From Octopus vulgaris (Eukaryota): a DNA stretch of 64,000 nucleotides. Every line of letters starts with the position of its first letter. Within the stretch, counting starts at the first letter, position 1. The notes under the pieces were generated by a model. The model worked only from the letters and a program-made list of their open reading frames with translations. It ran no database searches and was not told the origin of the DNA. The stretch covers positions 68,882,001 to 68,946,000 of the forward strand of contig OX597816.1 in the NCBI GenBank assembly GCA_951406725.2, read 5' to 3'. Shown here one piece after another: positions 13,433 through 28,148 of the stretch. A program made the position numbers and the translations under genes.

Positions 13433-14748
13433 CTATATATATATATATATATATATATATTACTTTGTCTATCTCTTTCTCTCACACATACACATACAAA
13501 CACACACACGCACACGTATGTATATATGGGGATACCATTAGCTGACGCATATCGACAAAGAGTGTAACTATCTAACAGAAAGCCAAACAATGCTGCTTTT
13601 AAAAAGAAGTCTCCTTTGACATTTGTTGGGCACCGAATTCCATTTTAATTCCGTACTATTCTCGTTGTCGCAAACGCAGTAGATCAGTGAGTGAGGCGTT
13701 CGGAACATGTAACGAAAAACAATATTGTTCTCCCTTAAGGATATTTACGGAATACATTTGTAACATCTCTTATCTAAACTGCATGACACAGCACGAAAAA
13801 AATGCCATCTTTTGTAAATAGTAACCACAACAGAATTATTAAAAACTAACGACTTTCCATGAGATCCTTTGATAATGACAATATTGGTGGCGAATACTAT
13901 ATAGTGATGTCTAATATTAAATATGCTTTGTTTTTGATCCCGTATAGTGCCTGAATTTCATGACAACGCACGCAAAATTTCATTTCTCAACAAAGAATCA
14001 TGTAATGAAATATTAAAAACGACAAACTTCCTCTTCTGCGTCTGATTCTTTGATAATAATAAATATTAGTGGATCATTCTGTATCAAGTTTGCAGAAAAT
14101 GAAAGCATAATAAACCAGTTATTGCTGGCTGCTAGAGTTTTTTTTTTTTAAGAGAAGAGAATGAAAAGGAATGTGTATACACTTGTGGAAACCAATTATC
14201 CTGCTGATTTGAATGGTCTAGAAAGACGCCAGTTAAGAGAAGAATATCTTACATCAACCAATGCATAAATTGCAGCTATTGTTCGCTTCACAAGGAAAAT
14301 CTTAAGCAGAATGCTTTAAAAAGTTTCAATACTGAGATAAAGAAACTGTAATGTGTGACCTGAAATCACTAAACTCAGAGTACATTTTCTATGAATGGCT
14401 GAGGCATTCAAACGTTTAGAGCATGTCAACAACGTGTTCTTGCTGTTGTTCTTGCTCCTATTGTTGTTGTCGCTACGATAGTATCGGAATTATGTTGTCT
14501 CATTGAAAGCAACTTTTAGTTATTATTTGTTTAAAAGAACGCCAATAAAATATGAAAGCAGCACAAGAAAAGGTCACATTCAGACAAAATCATGCACAAA
14601 CACGTGATTATGGAAAATACACAGAAAGATACTCACATGAACTCACACATTATTCACACAAGCACCAACAAAATTGAATGGCACACATAGGTTTATGTGT
14701 GTCTGTGTATATATATATAGGGAGAGAGAGAGAGAGAGGGAAGGATAC

Positions 14749-14786
<38 letters not shown>

Positions 14787-14861
14787 ATATATGTATATCT
14801 ATATATATCTATATACATATATATATATGTATATACATATATCTATCTATCTATCTATCTA

Positions 14862-14892
<31 letters not shown>

Positions 14893-15003
14893 GGATGTGC
14901 GTACGTATATACATATACATATGTATGTATACGTATTTATATATATGTATAAGTATCTATCTATCGATATATATATATATGGATCTACGTACGTATGTAT
15001 GTA

Positions 15004-15058
<55 letters not shown>

Positions 15059-15351
15059 GAACACATACACACACACAGGGAATGAGAGACAGGTCAAAAA
15101 TGACGAGTTACAGACAAAAGCATCCTATCTATATATCCAGATATATAACCAGATAAATAACTTGCCTGATGGCTAAATTCGTTGATAGACATCAGTCGGC
15201 ATTTTACCGCATTTGGTCACATATTGAATTTCGTCTGCCAATATACATAGCTGTTTGCGTGTGTTTGTGTCTGCAGACGTTCAATATACATATATATCCA
15301 TTTATGCAACGGTATATAAACACACACACACACACACAAATATATATATGC

Positions 15352-15396
<45 letters not shown>

Positions 15397-16334
15397 TGTA
15401 TGTATGTATGTATATATACACTCATGTATCTGTATATACACAGATATGCACATATATACAAACATGTATGTGCGTGTATATATACACACGCGCGCGCACA
15501 TGCATAAATATATGTGTGTGTGTGTATACGCGTATGCGAGTAGAGAAAGACATACAGATATTGTTGCAGTAAAGAAAATCAGGGACACAGAGTAACGCAA
15601 ACGACTATACACACTCATATGTATATTTACAGACACACACTCACACACACTTGCACATATACAGAGAAGGCGGGGAGAGATAGACGATCTCTCTTAGATT
15701 ATATATGAAGCAATTGTAACGTGAACGGCAGCTCCATATATTCTTTAGCGAAACCAGCATGTGTGATTTGTTCAGTAAGCGGCTGACGTGGACATTTTCT
15801 CAGCTCTATACGCTGTGAGTTCAAACCCAGTTGAAGCCAAGTACACCTTTCAGAATGTCGGGGCTGTTAATAATGTATCGGTTGGCAAATGGGGGGGCAA
15901 AACTTCATTCTTTCTCATTCAACCAACCTTTCTCACCATTTGTTTCTATCGCTCACGTTACGTTTTCCCATCTCCTGTCTCTTTTGAACAAGCAATTGTA
16001 ACGCGATATCTTCTCACTTTGCGTTCCACTCGTCAAGAACAGTGTTACGGGTATATGTGACGGAAATATTAAGCGCTGAAACTTGAGTGACATAAGAAGG
16101 AATATAGAGTCGAAAGAAGAACGCTCAAGAACAACGCTAGACTAACCCGCACATACGTATAAACATACAACAACAACAACATCAACACCAAGTTCCAGCA
16201 GAAAAAGAAAAACAAAAACAGAATCCAAAGATGAAGATGAAGCACGCAAGCAAGCAAGCTCAGCTTGGCCAAATATCGAATGTGGGCGCAGAAACAAAAA
16301 GGAAGAAGAAATTGCAAAAACTAAGTCCCCCACC

Positions 16335-16385
<51 letters not shown>

Positions 16386-16388
16386 TAC

Positions 16389-16440
<52 letters not shown>

Positions 16441-18785
16441 GTATATATATTCTTGGACTCTTTCACCACAGCTTTCTCTCACTCTTTCTTTCTGTTTCTG
16501 TTGTACCTGTATTTCAAAGACCAGCCTTGTGACGCTCTGTGTCACGCTGACTCTCCCCGAGAACTACGTTCCTTATTGCCATCATGCGCAGTTATATCTG
16601 ATTCAAACGTATTTCGGATACAAGCATTCATGTGTCGAGTTGGTGGATTTTTTTAGAAGATGTCTTCTAAATTGTCATTGCACTTCCATGATGTTTTCCT
16701 ACTTCCTGTAACATTTGATGATAAATTTTCGTTCTTCATACTTTAGTCGTATTTCTGCCATTAGGGTAATGTTTATCTGAAAAGAAAGGAAATATTCAAT
16801 GAATTATGAGAGTCAAAATGTATATCCTTTGGGAGCCACTCTGTATTTGTCAAAAGAACTATTTGTTCTTTTAAATCTTATGATTTTGGACGTGACGTTT
16901 TATAATTACGATAAAGCAAATAAATGCAAGTGTCGATATCGTAACAAATATCAATGTCACTTAATCTATGAGAATTTAAAGAATATAATTTATACAGACT
17001 GAAATGCAAGCATTTACGATAGAGAGAAACGGAATAATGCGTCAGTAATAACTCTGTCAAATGCGCGGAATTTCTAAAAACGAATGACATCCCCGATCAC
17101 TGAATCCGTAACTTCGGTGATGATATTGAAATTTTTTTTATCGATATTTTTGCTCTCTTGTCATACCGACAACACAAACTCCTGTTTTCGTTTATTGGAT
17201 AAATTTTATTCTCCCGTTTCCATAGGCTTTATATTGGATTCAGATAATGGATTTAAATCCTTGCTACTGCAACACTTGAATGTTCTTGTATGAATAGTTT
17301 TGTTTTTTTTTGTGTCTATTGAATTAGACTTCATGTCTTTACTTGAGGGTAATGTTGTTGTCCGTTTAATTATTTACTGCAGTTATTGTGTACAGATCTT
17401 GTGCTAAACTTTCAGCACTTACACGCGTTGTAAATAATATGGTTGACAAAAGCAAATGAAATTGAGTTAGTATTCAAAATTTGGTTTGAGAATATTCATG
17501 AAAGCAATGCCTCAGTTAAAGCTCAACCGGCGTGTAAAAGCACGTAGTAATTTGGAAAGAAATTGATGTAGAAAATCTTACAGTGCAACGACATTCGTAA
17601 CGCGAAAAATGCTATTTTTCCCCTTTTCTGAGCTAAAGTGTGCATTAAAGTAGAATTATCAAAATTAGTGCTGGTCATTTCGCTGAAAAAAATATATATA
17701 ACGCAAAAGAAACGAGACTTTACTTTTATAATATGCATGAGTACGCTACTTTTTTTTTAATGTAAATTTTCAAACACTAAAATATAATATATATATAATG
17801 TAGTAGTTCTCTGTTGCGTTCATGTGGCTGGACAAATTGTAAATCCGCTATGAATTTAAGGGTGTTAAAATTGTACGTGTTCATTAATATTCTAATGAAA
17901 ATGCAGTGGATGAGGGATGTCAACTGTTATATCTTACACTGTGTTACATAAGAGATATTTGGAATTAGAATTAAATACTATTTTGATAATCGAAAATTGA
18001 ACACCACATGTATCTATTATGTCATCGAAGAACATCAAAGCAATAATTCTAACCTTCAAACACTGCAACTTTTAGTCAACCTTCTGTCTCAAGCATTCTA
18101 TGTTTTAAGTCTCATTATAGAATTTTACCTGAAGACGATGTTATTCAAATCGAAATAGCAAAATAGATTTCTTTCCACAATGCATTCTGTAAGATAGCAA
18201 TGCCGTGGAAGCAAATGTCGGAGAAAACTAATCAAGTTTTCTAAATACAATTTGGATGAAGGAAAGGGTGAAGCACGTCGGACGGATTATTCTCGTAATT
18301 CAAACGTAAAACCTTGCATGCACATTCATCGTGCTTTTGCCGGAGGATTATGTTAATAGCAAACGAAAAGGCACATACGCGCAAATTCAATTAGCTGTTA
18401 ACTCAGTTGATTGCACGAATAATTACTTATAATAATCGGCGGAGGATTGTTACCTTCCTTAGTAGTTCGTTTAGAGACGAAAACACGAAAAAAACATTGC
18501 AGACTGCAATATACAAGCCAAGGACTGAGACTTTAAAAGAAAGTATATTAAATATAGTGAGAGGATTGGGAAATTAAAAAGATACGCCTATAAATGAAGT
18601 GCCGATATTTTTAAAAGGATTTTCGTGATTGACTGAACAACGCACAACGCCACAGGGTGTAGTGTGAAAAATAGCAGGTTCCAAGTGCTGGTGTTGTAGT
18701 TGCGTCAGTTAGAGGAGGGAATTATGGGTCCCAAATTATGTGGCTACGCTAGTCTCGTCAACAATATCATTACTATATGCCTCTA

Positions 18786-19002
18786 GGCGGCGAGCTGGCA
18801 GAAACGTGAGCACGCCGGTATTTCGTCTGTCTTTCCGTTCAGAGTTCAAATTATGCCGAGGTCGATTTTGCCTTTCATCCTTTCAGGGTCGATAAATAAA
18901 GTACCAGTTACGTACTTGGGTCGATTTAATCGATTTAATCCCTTTGTCTGTCCGTGTTTGTCCACTCTATGTTCAGCACCTAATGGGTAGTAAAGAAATA
19001 AA
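18786..19002 (+). mobile_element. tRNA-derived SINE with conserved central domain (gccgaggtcga..gcctttcatcctttc.gggtcgataaa)
   Basis: The head ggcggcgagctggcagaaacg and central domain recur at about 30180(-), 33070, 34097(+), 34330-35071(-), 39330(+) and 45210(-). Confidence 0.85.
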
Positions 19003-19218
19003 TATAATTACTATAAGCCTCTCTGTCCGGATGCGCCCACTATAACCACTCACTCTAAACTTTCTAAGTCCAGGAAGCGGGTTACCCTATGGTTCGCACA
19101 ACGTTTCTCCTTCCTACCTAAACTTTTCTTTAAAATACTAAATTCTGACTTCCCACCACAGCATAAATACTACCCTCTCTTTAAGGCGTAGGGATGGCTG
19201 TGTGGTAAGTAGCTTGCT

Positions 19219-21260
19219 CCATAACCTTCGTCGAAGTCGCACATGTTTTTCTTTTGGCGGAGCGTTTCTGCTGTTTGATGTCACGTCTTTCGTCGTGAAA
19301 TATTGAACTTTGAGGCTCGACTACAGGTAGGCGTCTGTTGTATTTTTTTTTAGGGCTTAGTGGAGTTTGTTACCCTGCATTTAATAATTTTTTGGTGAGC
19401 AACAGACTCCACTCTGCTCCGGACATTTTCCTGTCTGTGGTCGAGCGTAAAGACTCACTTTGCAGTGAGAATTGTGTTTTTGAGGACGCGTAGTCCCTCC
19501 GCAAAAATTAATTTGTTTGAAATTGTCTTTGTGTTTTCCACTGGATTTACCACGGAGTACCAAGGATTACCGAGGACTGTTTTTACAAGGTATTTTACCA
19601 ATTGAACATTTGGCCAGGAGTACCTTTTTCGGCCGAAAAATTGATTCCTTTGTCTGGATTTGAACTCTCTTCTTCGAGCTATCGTTTATTTTTTAAAAAA
19701 AGGACTATTTTGAACTGTTATTTTTATTTTATTTCTTCTCTTCTGTTGTGTTTTTCCCTGATTCCTTTTTGTGTCTTATTTAATTTTCTTACATTTTGAA
19801 CTGTATTGAACTTTGTATTGAAATGGCAAAGGAATTTCTCGTGTGGGACTTGACACCTCCCAAAAAATATTTAAAAGAGTTGGAAAGGAAGACCGTGGTG
19901 TTGAGGACTTATTCGAAGTCGCTCGACACCATAGCCGTCTTCCCGAAGGCCACAATTTTGAACGAGCTGGCGGACTACATGCCAGCCGTTAAATTTGTCT
20001 CATGGGGAGTGAAATATGCAACAGTCTGGTTGCTATTTGACTCCTCACAAGAAGCTTGCGACTTCGCAAGCCAGCCCCTTGAGGGCAAAGAAATATTGTT
20101 TCTCCCAATTTATATGGGAAAAAAATTATTGAAAGCTTGGATCTGCGGCCTGCCACCCGGAGTTGAGCCCGAGTGGATAGAGGACTCTATCCGCCGGGGT
20201 CTGGGTGGTAGCAGTGCCAAGCTGCTGAATGTAAAAGTATTGTCTGCGGCTGATTGGGAGGGGTCGAAAGCTGTTTTGACCCTATGGACCCAATCAGCCG
20301 AAAGTCTGGTTTTTCCAGATTTCTTGAGGATGGCCGGGTCCAGGTATCCGGTGATGCTGTCACCTGTGCCTGGAGACCGGTCACATTAAGAAGAACTGCC
20401 CCAGGGACCAAAGTAGGATCCTGGAGCAGTCAATGGTGGAATCTCTCCCTGCTCTCCCAATAGAGGGAGAGAAACAGAAGAATAACGAGGAAGTTGCTAC
20501 ATCCTCAAAGAGAAAAAGAAAGGTGGGCAACAATGGTGACCCACCGAAAGACCCGGGAGCTGCGGGAGAAAAAGAGGACCCGTTGTGTGCAACACAGGAA
20601 ACTCAACCTTCCGCGGCCCAGCAAAAAGAGAAAAAAAGGAAAAAGAGCAACGGGACGCCGCCGGCGGATTGTGACACGCAGACGGTGTCTCCCGAGCCTC
20701 CTCATGCGGATGTGCCACCGGAGGTCAGTTATGCGGGCCTCTTCCACAAAGGAGGGACCATTGAAAATTAAATAAGGAAAATGAAAAGGAGGGGCCAATG
20801 GGAGGGATTTCAGTCCTTCACGGAAGACCCTGAGTGGCCTTCGCAGGTAGCTGTGGAGGTCCTATGGGAAAGTGATCTGTGCAGGATCGCGAATTCCGTC
20901 CCGGTGGACATATATGGATTTGTACTCGTGTGGTCTTGCCTGGAACCGGCTGAGTGCTTCAATGAAGCAAGAACGCTGGTCGGCCGGGTGACCTGAACAT
21001 TTTGTATATTTGAAGGAACATTGTATTATTTTGAAACCTGAAATTTCTGTATATTTTAAAAGAACATTGTAAGAGGTTTATTGCCTCATTATGATTTTTT
21101 GAAAAAAGAACATTGTTTTAAAGAAGCGGAAATCGGCGGGCGCTTTCGTCTTCTCCCATCATCACCTTCGTTCCATCACCATCATTCATACCATTAATGT
21201 CTATGTCCAGCCCGAAAAGCTACATCTGTGTAATGCCCCTGTGGCAAATTAGATAAAATA
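19219..21260 (+). mobile_element. ORF1-only (HAL1-like) non-autonomous Tx1/L1-type retrotransposon with 12-bp TSD
   Basis: TSD AAGTAGCTTGCT at 19207-19218 and 21261-21272. About 600-bp 5'UTR, disrupted ORF1, short 3'UTR with A-rich end, no RT or endonuclease. Confidence 0.8.
19823..20996 (+). pseudogene. Tx1/L1-like ORF1 (gag-like RNA-binding protein) with one frameshift and one internal stop
   Basis: MAKEFLVW...AWICGLPPGVEPEWI... After a frameshift near 20355 the frame of 20358 gives CHLCLETGHIKKNC (CCHC knuckle). It runs in frame into ORFs 20433-20771 and 20781-20996 across a single TAA. Confidence 0.8.
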
Positions 21261-21416
21261 AAGTAGCTTGCTTCTGAACCACATACATGGTTCCATGTTC
21301 AGTCTCACTGCGTGACACCTTGGGCAAGTGTCTTCTACTATAGCCTCGGGCCGACCAAAGCCTTGTGAGTGAATTTGGTATACGGAAACTGAAAGAAGCC
21401 AGTCGTATATAAGTAT

Positions 21417-21689
21417 GTTAGTTAGTTAGTTAGTTAATTTGGCTCAAAAGCAAATAGCAAGGCCATGTAGGGGGACATGGAGTTAAGTACAGGGTGGTGT
21501 TCATGTAAAGAGTTCAGGCCACTTGAGGTCCAGGGAGGCTTTGAACAAAGCGGTCGTTGGCATCTTTACCATCTCGTCTGGCAGCTTGTTCCACGGATCC
21601 GCAACCCGGACGGAGAAAGCTCCTCTCCTTCGATTGAGATGAAATCGTCGCAGGTAGAGCTTTTCGGAATGACCCCGCAGCCGACGCTG
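21417..21689 (-). mobile_element. CR1-group LINE 3' end with (TAAC)n tail
   Basis: LRGHSEKL..RRFHLNRRRGAFSVRVADPWNKLPDEMV...FKASLD is the typical CR1 ORF2 C-terminus. Tail gttagttagtta. Confidence 0.85.
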
Positions 21690-22449
21690 TGTGTCCGTGT
21701 TTGTCCCCCCAACATCGCATGACAACCGATGGTGGTATGTTTACGTGCCCGTAGCTTAGCTGTTCGGCAAAACAGAGCGATAGAATAAGTACTAGGCTTA
21801 CAAAGATTAAGTCCAGGGCACGATTTGCTCGACTAATGGCGGTGCTCCAGCATGTCCACCGAAACATGACTGAAATAAGTAAAAGAGTACGTTAAAATCT
21901 CCTACTCTACCACACCTAACTCGGGATTAATAATCGCCACCTCTAACAGACGCAAAGTACAACGCCAGCCCTTGGAACCTGCAATTTCACACACTGCACT
22001 CCATATTAAAACACCTAGTGGCAGTAATATAACCCTAAATAACACAACTCTACTAAATAATACAGGCTTAATGCGTCTCCCTACAATTTCATCCACGTGA
22101 CCACGTATACTAATAGTGTTGCTCCACCCAATCCAATACTGATACAGACTGTATTTCAGGTTGTCTTTCATTAATAATGAACCACTGGAATTTTAACTTC
22201 CCAGTGGTAAACTCCAAACGCAGAGCAGGTAGGAAAACCTGCATTTGTCGAGTTTTGTAACTATGCTCTCTTGCAGAGCATCATGTCCTCCACATAAAAA
22301 GGTTTTCAAAGCCCAGCAACACTATCGGATCATTCTGCATATCTGTGTAATTTTTCGCACAATTCCACCCAGACGTTTGACCATGCATCCCAAGACAAGA
22401 AAGAATCGCCCATGTCAAATTTATATGTATGTATATATATATATATATT

Positions 22450-22932
22450 GCATGGTCGGGTCGTCGGCGACTAAACCGGCAACCACTCCAAGATTGCTTG
22501 GTGAGGAGGGTGTTTATTGGACACCCTCCGGGATGAAAAAAAAAACCGTCAAAGGGCGGAGGAACCCTTGAGAGTGAACCGCCATCCAATAAATGTCTTA
22601 AGGTTGTATCATGCGCGGGGACATAGAAATAATCGGTTTGAATACCCGATCGCGCGGTTAAACCATTGGGAGTGAAGGACTCCTAGCCTTTGTTAGGGCA
22701 TCCTTCTAGGAGAAGGTAACTCAGGTAACTGGGATAACTCCGACATAAAACCTGCGGCTCAGTGGTTACCGATGATGTTGACTTGTTCTTCTTTTCGGAT
22801 TATGGCTGCTGTTGTTTAATGAGTGAGATTGACTCACTTTAAAAAAATCTTCTTGCACAGGCATTACACGATAACAACATTGATTAAGCTTCGTGCAATG
22901 GCCATACTCGATAACGAGGGGGGCAGCCACCA
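22450..22932 (+). mobile_element. Non-autonomous RTE-derived element (5'UTR-like part fused to a LINE 3' end)
   Basis: Last about 50 nt (ttaagcttcgtgcaatggc.atactcgataacgag) match the 3'UTR of the LINE fragment at 54613-54660(-). The 5' part contains ggcaaccactcca, resembling RTE 5'UTRs. No ORF. Confidence 0.6.
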
Positions 22933-23226
22933 TATATATATATATATATATATTTATAAACTTACTGAAACACTTATCTATCTATATATGTATATATGCA
23001 TGATATATTTTTATTAGGTCAACTAGACTTTCGGTATATTTGATCTAATTAGCTCGCAAAACTTATGGGCTCAAAGCATCTTGTCCTCCACATTAAAAAA
23101 ATATTCTATGTGTATGATAATAACTTAGGTATGTCGATATTCGTGTTTATACGTACATATACGTACATATGCACGTGCTCAAAGACAAGTTCACTCACAC
23201 ATATACATGCACACATATGTATATGA

Positions 23227-23292
<66 letters not shown>

Positions 23293-23297
<5 letters not shown>

Positions 23298-23500
23298 TAA
23301 TCCAAACAAGAATGCACAAAAAACACTAGAACGCGAAGACGTGGAACAAATATAGTATTATTGGACGCTCAGGAAAGAAGGAAAGAAGGAGGGTTTAACG
23401 TTTCGAGCGGAGCTCTTCGTCGGAAACATAGGAGAAGGAAAGATCCAGAGAAGGGGAGGCAGAGGAAAAAATCGCCAACGGTACCCACGAGGTCACAATT
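23293..23500 (-). mobile_element. PLE-type terminal-repeat fragment containing a minimal hammerhead; second copy at 63230-63378
   Basis: Shared gttaatccaaaca...ttggacgctcaggaaag...aaaaatcgccaacggta with 63230-63378. Confidence 0.65.
23393..23427 (-). ncRNA. Minimal type I hammerhead motif (U4C core variant)
   Basis: Minus strand GTTT-CCGACGA-A-GAGC tcc GCTC-GAAAC-GTT-AAAC. Stems I and II are perfect; stem III is loopless and palindromic. Confidence 0.65.
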
Positions 23501-23506
23501 TAAAAA

Positions 23507-23608
<102 letters not shown>

Positions 23609-23779
23609 GGGAGTACAACTCCAAACCCACAGGGAAAAATTCAATCTAGTACCGAATCAAATTTCTCAGTATAAATATATAAAATATGAATTAGAGATAA
23701 AACCACTATTATGCAACTACATTGCATAATAGTTGCCGGATGATAGTGCTAGTGCATGCATATACATGCACACATACAC

Positions 23780-24011
23780 GCGAGTACTATTCAAATCTCC
23801 GACCAATCACATACAGCTAGCTGGTATTCAATTGCCGTATCAAGTTTCGGGCATTTTGATTGGGTTTTGGATAGAAAATTCACAAAAAAATCACGTCCAT
23901 TGATTTTTTAATGGCTTTGCGGGGTGAGTGGGGAAATGTAAAGATGTGCACGACCATCTAACTGAAAAATTGTGGATTTGTATAAAGGACATACGCGCAG
24001 ACGTTTTGCCG

Positions 24012-24020
<9 letters not shown>
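23780..24020 (-). mobile_element. Possible non-autonomous Helitron 5' fragment
   Basis: Right-hand end (aattgtggatttgtataaaggaca..ttcatatata) parallels the right end of the 56323-56824 element. No CTAG end found. Confidence 0.35.
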
Positions 24021-24065
<45 letters not shown>

Positions 24066-24427
24066 ATAAGAAAATGGAGAAATACATCTAAATCCAATAT
24101 CAATTACCAGATAATACTCAATCACATACTTTATTAAACCACCACATAATAGACTGTAGGTTTAGATATAAAAAGCAGAACAAATCAGTGCACATAAAGG
24201 AATGTACATAAAAAAGTGTACATAAAAAGTAATGTATAATAAGTAGAATATATATAAAGGAGAATATAAATATAAGTAAATATAAATATAAGTATAGAAT
24301 ACATCTTACAGCTGTTTCGGTCATGTAGATAAGTATGTCTCATTTTACCAATATTAGCCCTTTATGGTAGGTAGGTCAATATATAGATATAAATGAGACA
24401 TTTACAAAAATGTTTGTAAATGTCCCA

Positions 24428-24469
<42 letters not shown>

Positions 24470-24839
24470 ATATATATATGTGTGTGTGTGTGTGTATGTG
24501 TGTGTGCACGTATATATTTGTGTGTGTTAGTGTGTAAGTATTTGTGCGTGTGTGAGTTTATACATGTATGTATTTATGTGAATGTTACAGTCCCTGTGTC
24601 TTTTAGATTCTGAGAGTAAGTGCACTATTTCCTGTTTGTCTCTTACTCCTTTGTCGCCTTCAGCTTTCCATGTCGTAGTTGTCTGTGTAGAGTACGTTAT
24701 TTAAAATTATCTTCGGGGCATGATTTCTTCTACTAAATGCTGCAGGGTTTATCCCACCATATCCCTAGCCCATTGGCTGAAACAAGTAACATCTATATGT
24801 GTGAAGCAAAACATATACCCGTCTGTTTGTCAGTCTGTG

Positions 24840-26330
<1,491 letters not shown>

Positions 26331-27499
26331 TTCCTGAAAGTAATATGCAGGCATGTTATACATGAACAATAATGAAAATATTGTATTTCTTACAGTATCT
26401 GGCATCCTGCCAGTTAAATTATTACTGTGATTTCTCGGTTTATTCCTATCACATATTACATGGAAATTTTCTGAATCAATTTCATGCAAGGTGTTTCTTT
26501 TATGTTTTTGCTGCGTTATATTGGCAATAGTCAGGGATGATTTTCTGAAATACGAAAGCAATAGTTACTTTTTCTTTTATAACAAAGTCGGTAATATAAC
26601 TGCACCCTGTATTCTAAAATATACAAATGTTTGAACTTTCAGCGAAATACCAACAAGATTTTTTTTTTTTTGGCTTTCGAATGTGTGTGTCGTGGAAAGA
26701 ATGGTAGTACTGAAGTTCCTTTTTAGGGTCTGCAAAACTAGGGAAAATGAGGCAGGAAACAAGTTATACTCAAATAGGAGACAGATCAAGATGCTTGCAT
26801 CAGAGCGAACTTTCTTAAAGATCCCTTTTAAGGAGTAGTTCTTGATTTTAAATCAAATGGTAAATCCATAACTTTAAATGCACCCGTGAACTATGTAAAA
26901 GCTTTAAATATTAATTTCAACGACCACGTACAAGAACGTCCATTTCAACGGTGTTCCAAATTTTCTTTCCAATGCTTTGAAGAATACAGACTATAGTAGT
27001 CTATAGACCAATATAGACTATGATAGAAGTACCTTACACGTGATGCTATCAAACAGAATTGATAGGATACCGCATGGCTGATAAAAATTAATACATTGAA
27101 GAACGGCTATTGTGGAAAACAAGCAGATGCATCAGAATCTGTGGACTTTGGATAAATTAGTTAATTACAAACATTGTATGACACTGGATGTACAACCAGA
27201 GTTTTCCTCCCATACACTGCATTCGATGATAACACCTAGTAATATTATTCAGCTGTGTCTAGTCAACTTATAGCCTTCCTCCATAAACGTGTTGTTTTGT
27301 ACCATTAGAGAAAATCATATTATTTTAGGACCATATCGGAGTATTTGAACAGAAAATTAAAATGAAATTGTTGAAGCTAGTTATAAAACACCGCATTATC
27401 ATAAACGATATTACCCATATTTATCAGTAGATAAATCCTAAAGTCTTTGGGTATGGCCAGTGATATACAGAGGTCAATTTATGTTACGATAACCCCCTC

Positions 27500-27535
<36 letters not shown>

Positions 27536-27908
27536 TATACGTCCAGTACGTAACTTTTCTGTAAGATCTTTTCTCATACACTTGATGTTGAACATTACCA
27601 CACAGACAAAACGACAAAACCTATTACAGAATGTAACTTTTACTACCAGTTCAAAGGTTATTATTCTAAACAATTCCCACCAGTGTAATAATTGAATGCT
27701 ATATAATTTATCAAAATTCTTTTTAACTGATGGCCTTATTGAAAGGAATGTGAAAGAGAAACTTCTATTTCCCACAAGGATTAAAATGAGGGAACCTATT
27801 TCACATAAGAAGGAAGAACCTCAGTGAAAGGTTATCCTTTATCTTCATTCTGAAATGATTTGTTGTAACATAAAATTCGCAAAGGAGACAAACATGTAAA
27901 TTTATAAA

Positions 27909-28148
27909 ATACGGCTTCATTTTAATATATCGCGGTCTTTACGTTCCAAAACCTCCCACAGAAATAATTAAAGTCTAAAAAAAGTATGAATATTTATCGG
28001 CCGCAGAAGCCCAGATATTCTGAGGAGTCCACGATATAAATTTACATATATTAGCCAGAAAAATCCGCGATGTACTGAGTGTGCGATAGGTGAACCGTGA
28101 TGTACTGAGTGCTCGATAGGTGAACCGCGATATGGCGAGGGACCACTG
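27909..28148 (-). mobile_element. Tigger/pogo-like MITE remnant
   Basis: End CAGTGGTCCTCGCCATATCGCGGTTC next to TA. Internal direct repeats of about 30 bp at 28065-28133. Confidence 0.5.

Larger units (their letters stand above)
19185..21890 (+). mobile_element. tRNA-derived SINE split into three pieces (19185-19218, 21261-21415, 21690-21890) by two insertions
   Basis: Head ggcgtagggatggctgtgtggtaagtagcttgct continues at 21261 (catggttccatgttcagtc...ccttgggcaagtgtcttctactatagcc). Tail resumes at 21690. Confidence 0.85.

Noticed and set aside
18122-18166. CTGAAGA-cgat..atc-GAAA motif
   Set aside because: No stem III or cleavage triplet; the 3' part appears deleted.
18240-18760. Unique, moderately GC-rich stretch with TAAT-type motifs as a possible enhancer
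   Set aside because: Cannot be supported without cross-species conservation or chromatin data.
24302-24324. Minus-strand GAAACAGCTGTA half-hammerhead
   Set aside because: No matching CTGANGA half found upstream on that strand.
28065-28133. Short direct repeats as a possible CRISPR-like array
   Set aside because: Only about 2.5 contiguous units, no unique spacers, and inside a MITE remnant in a eukaryote.
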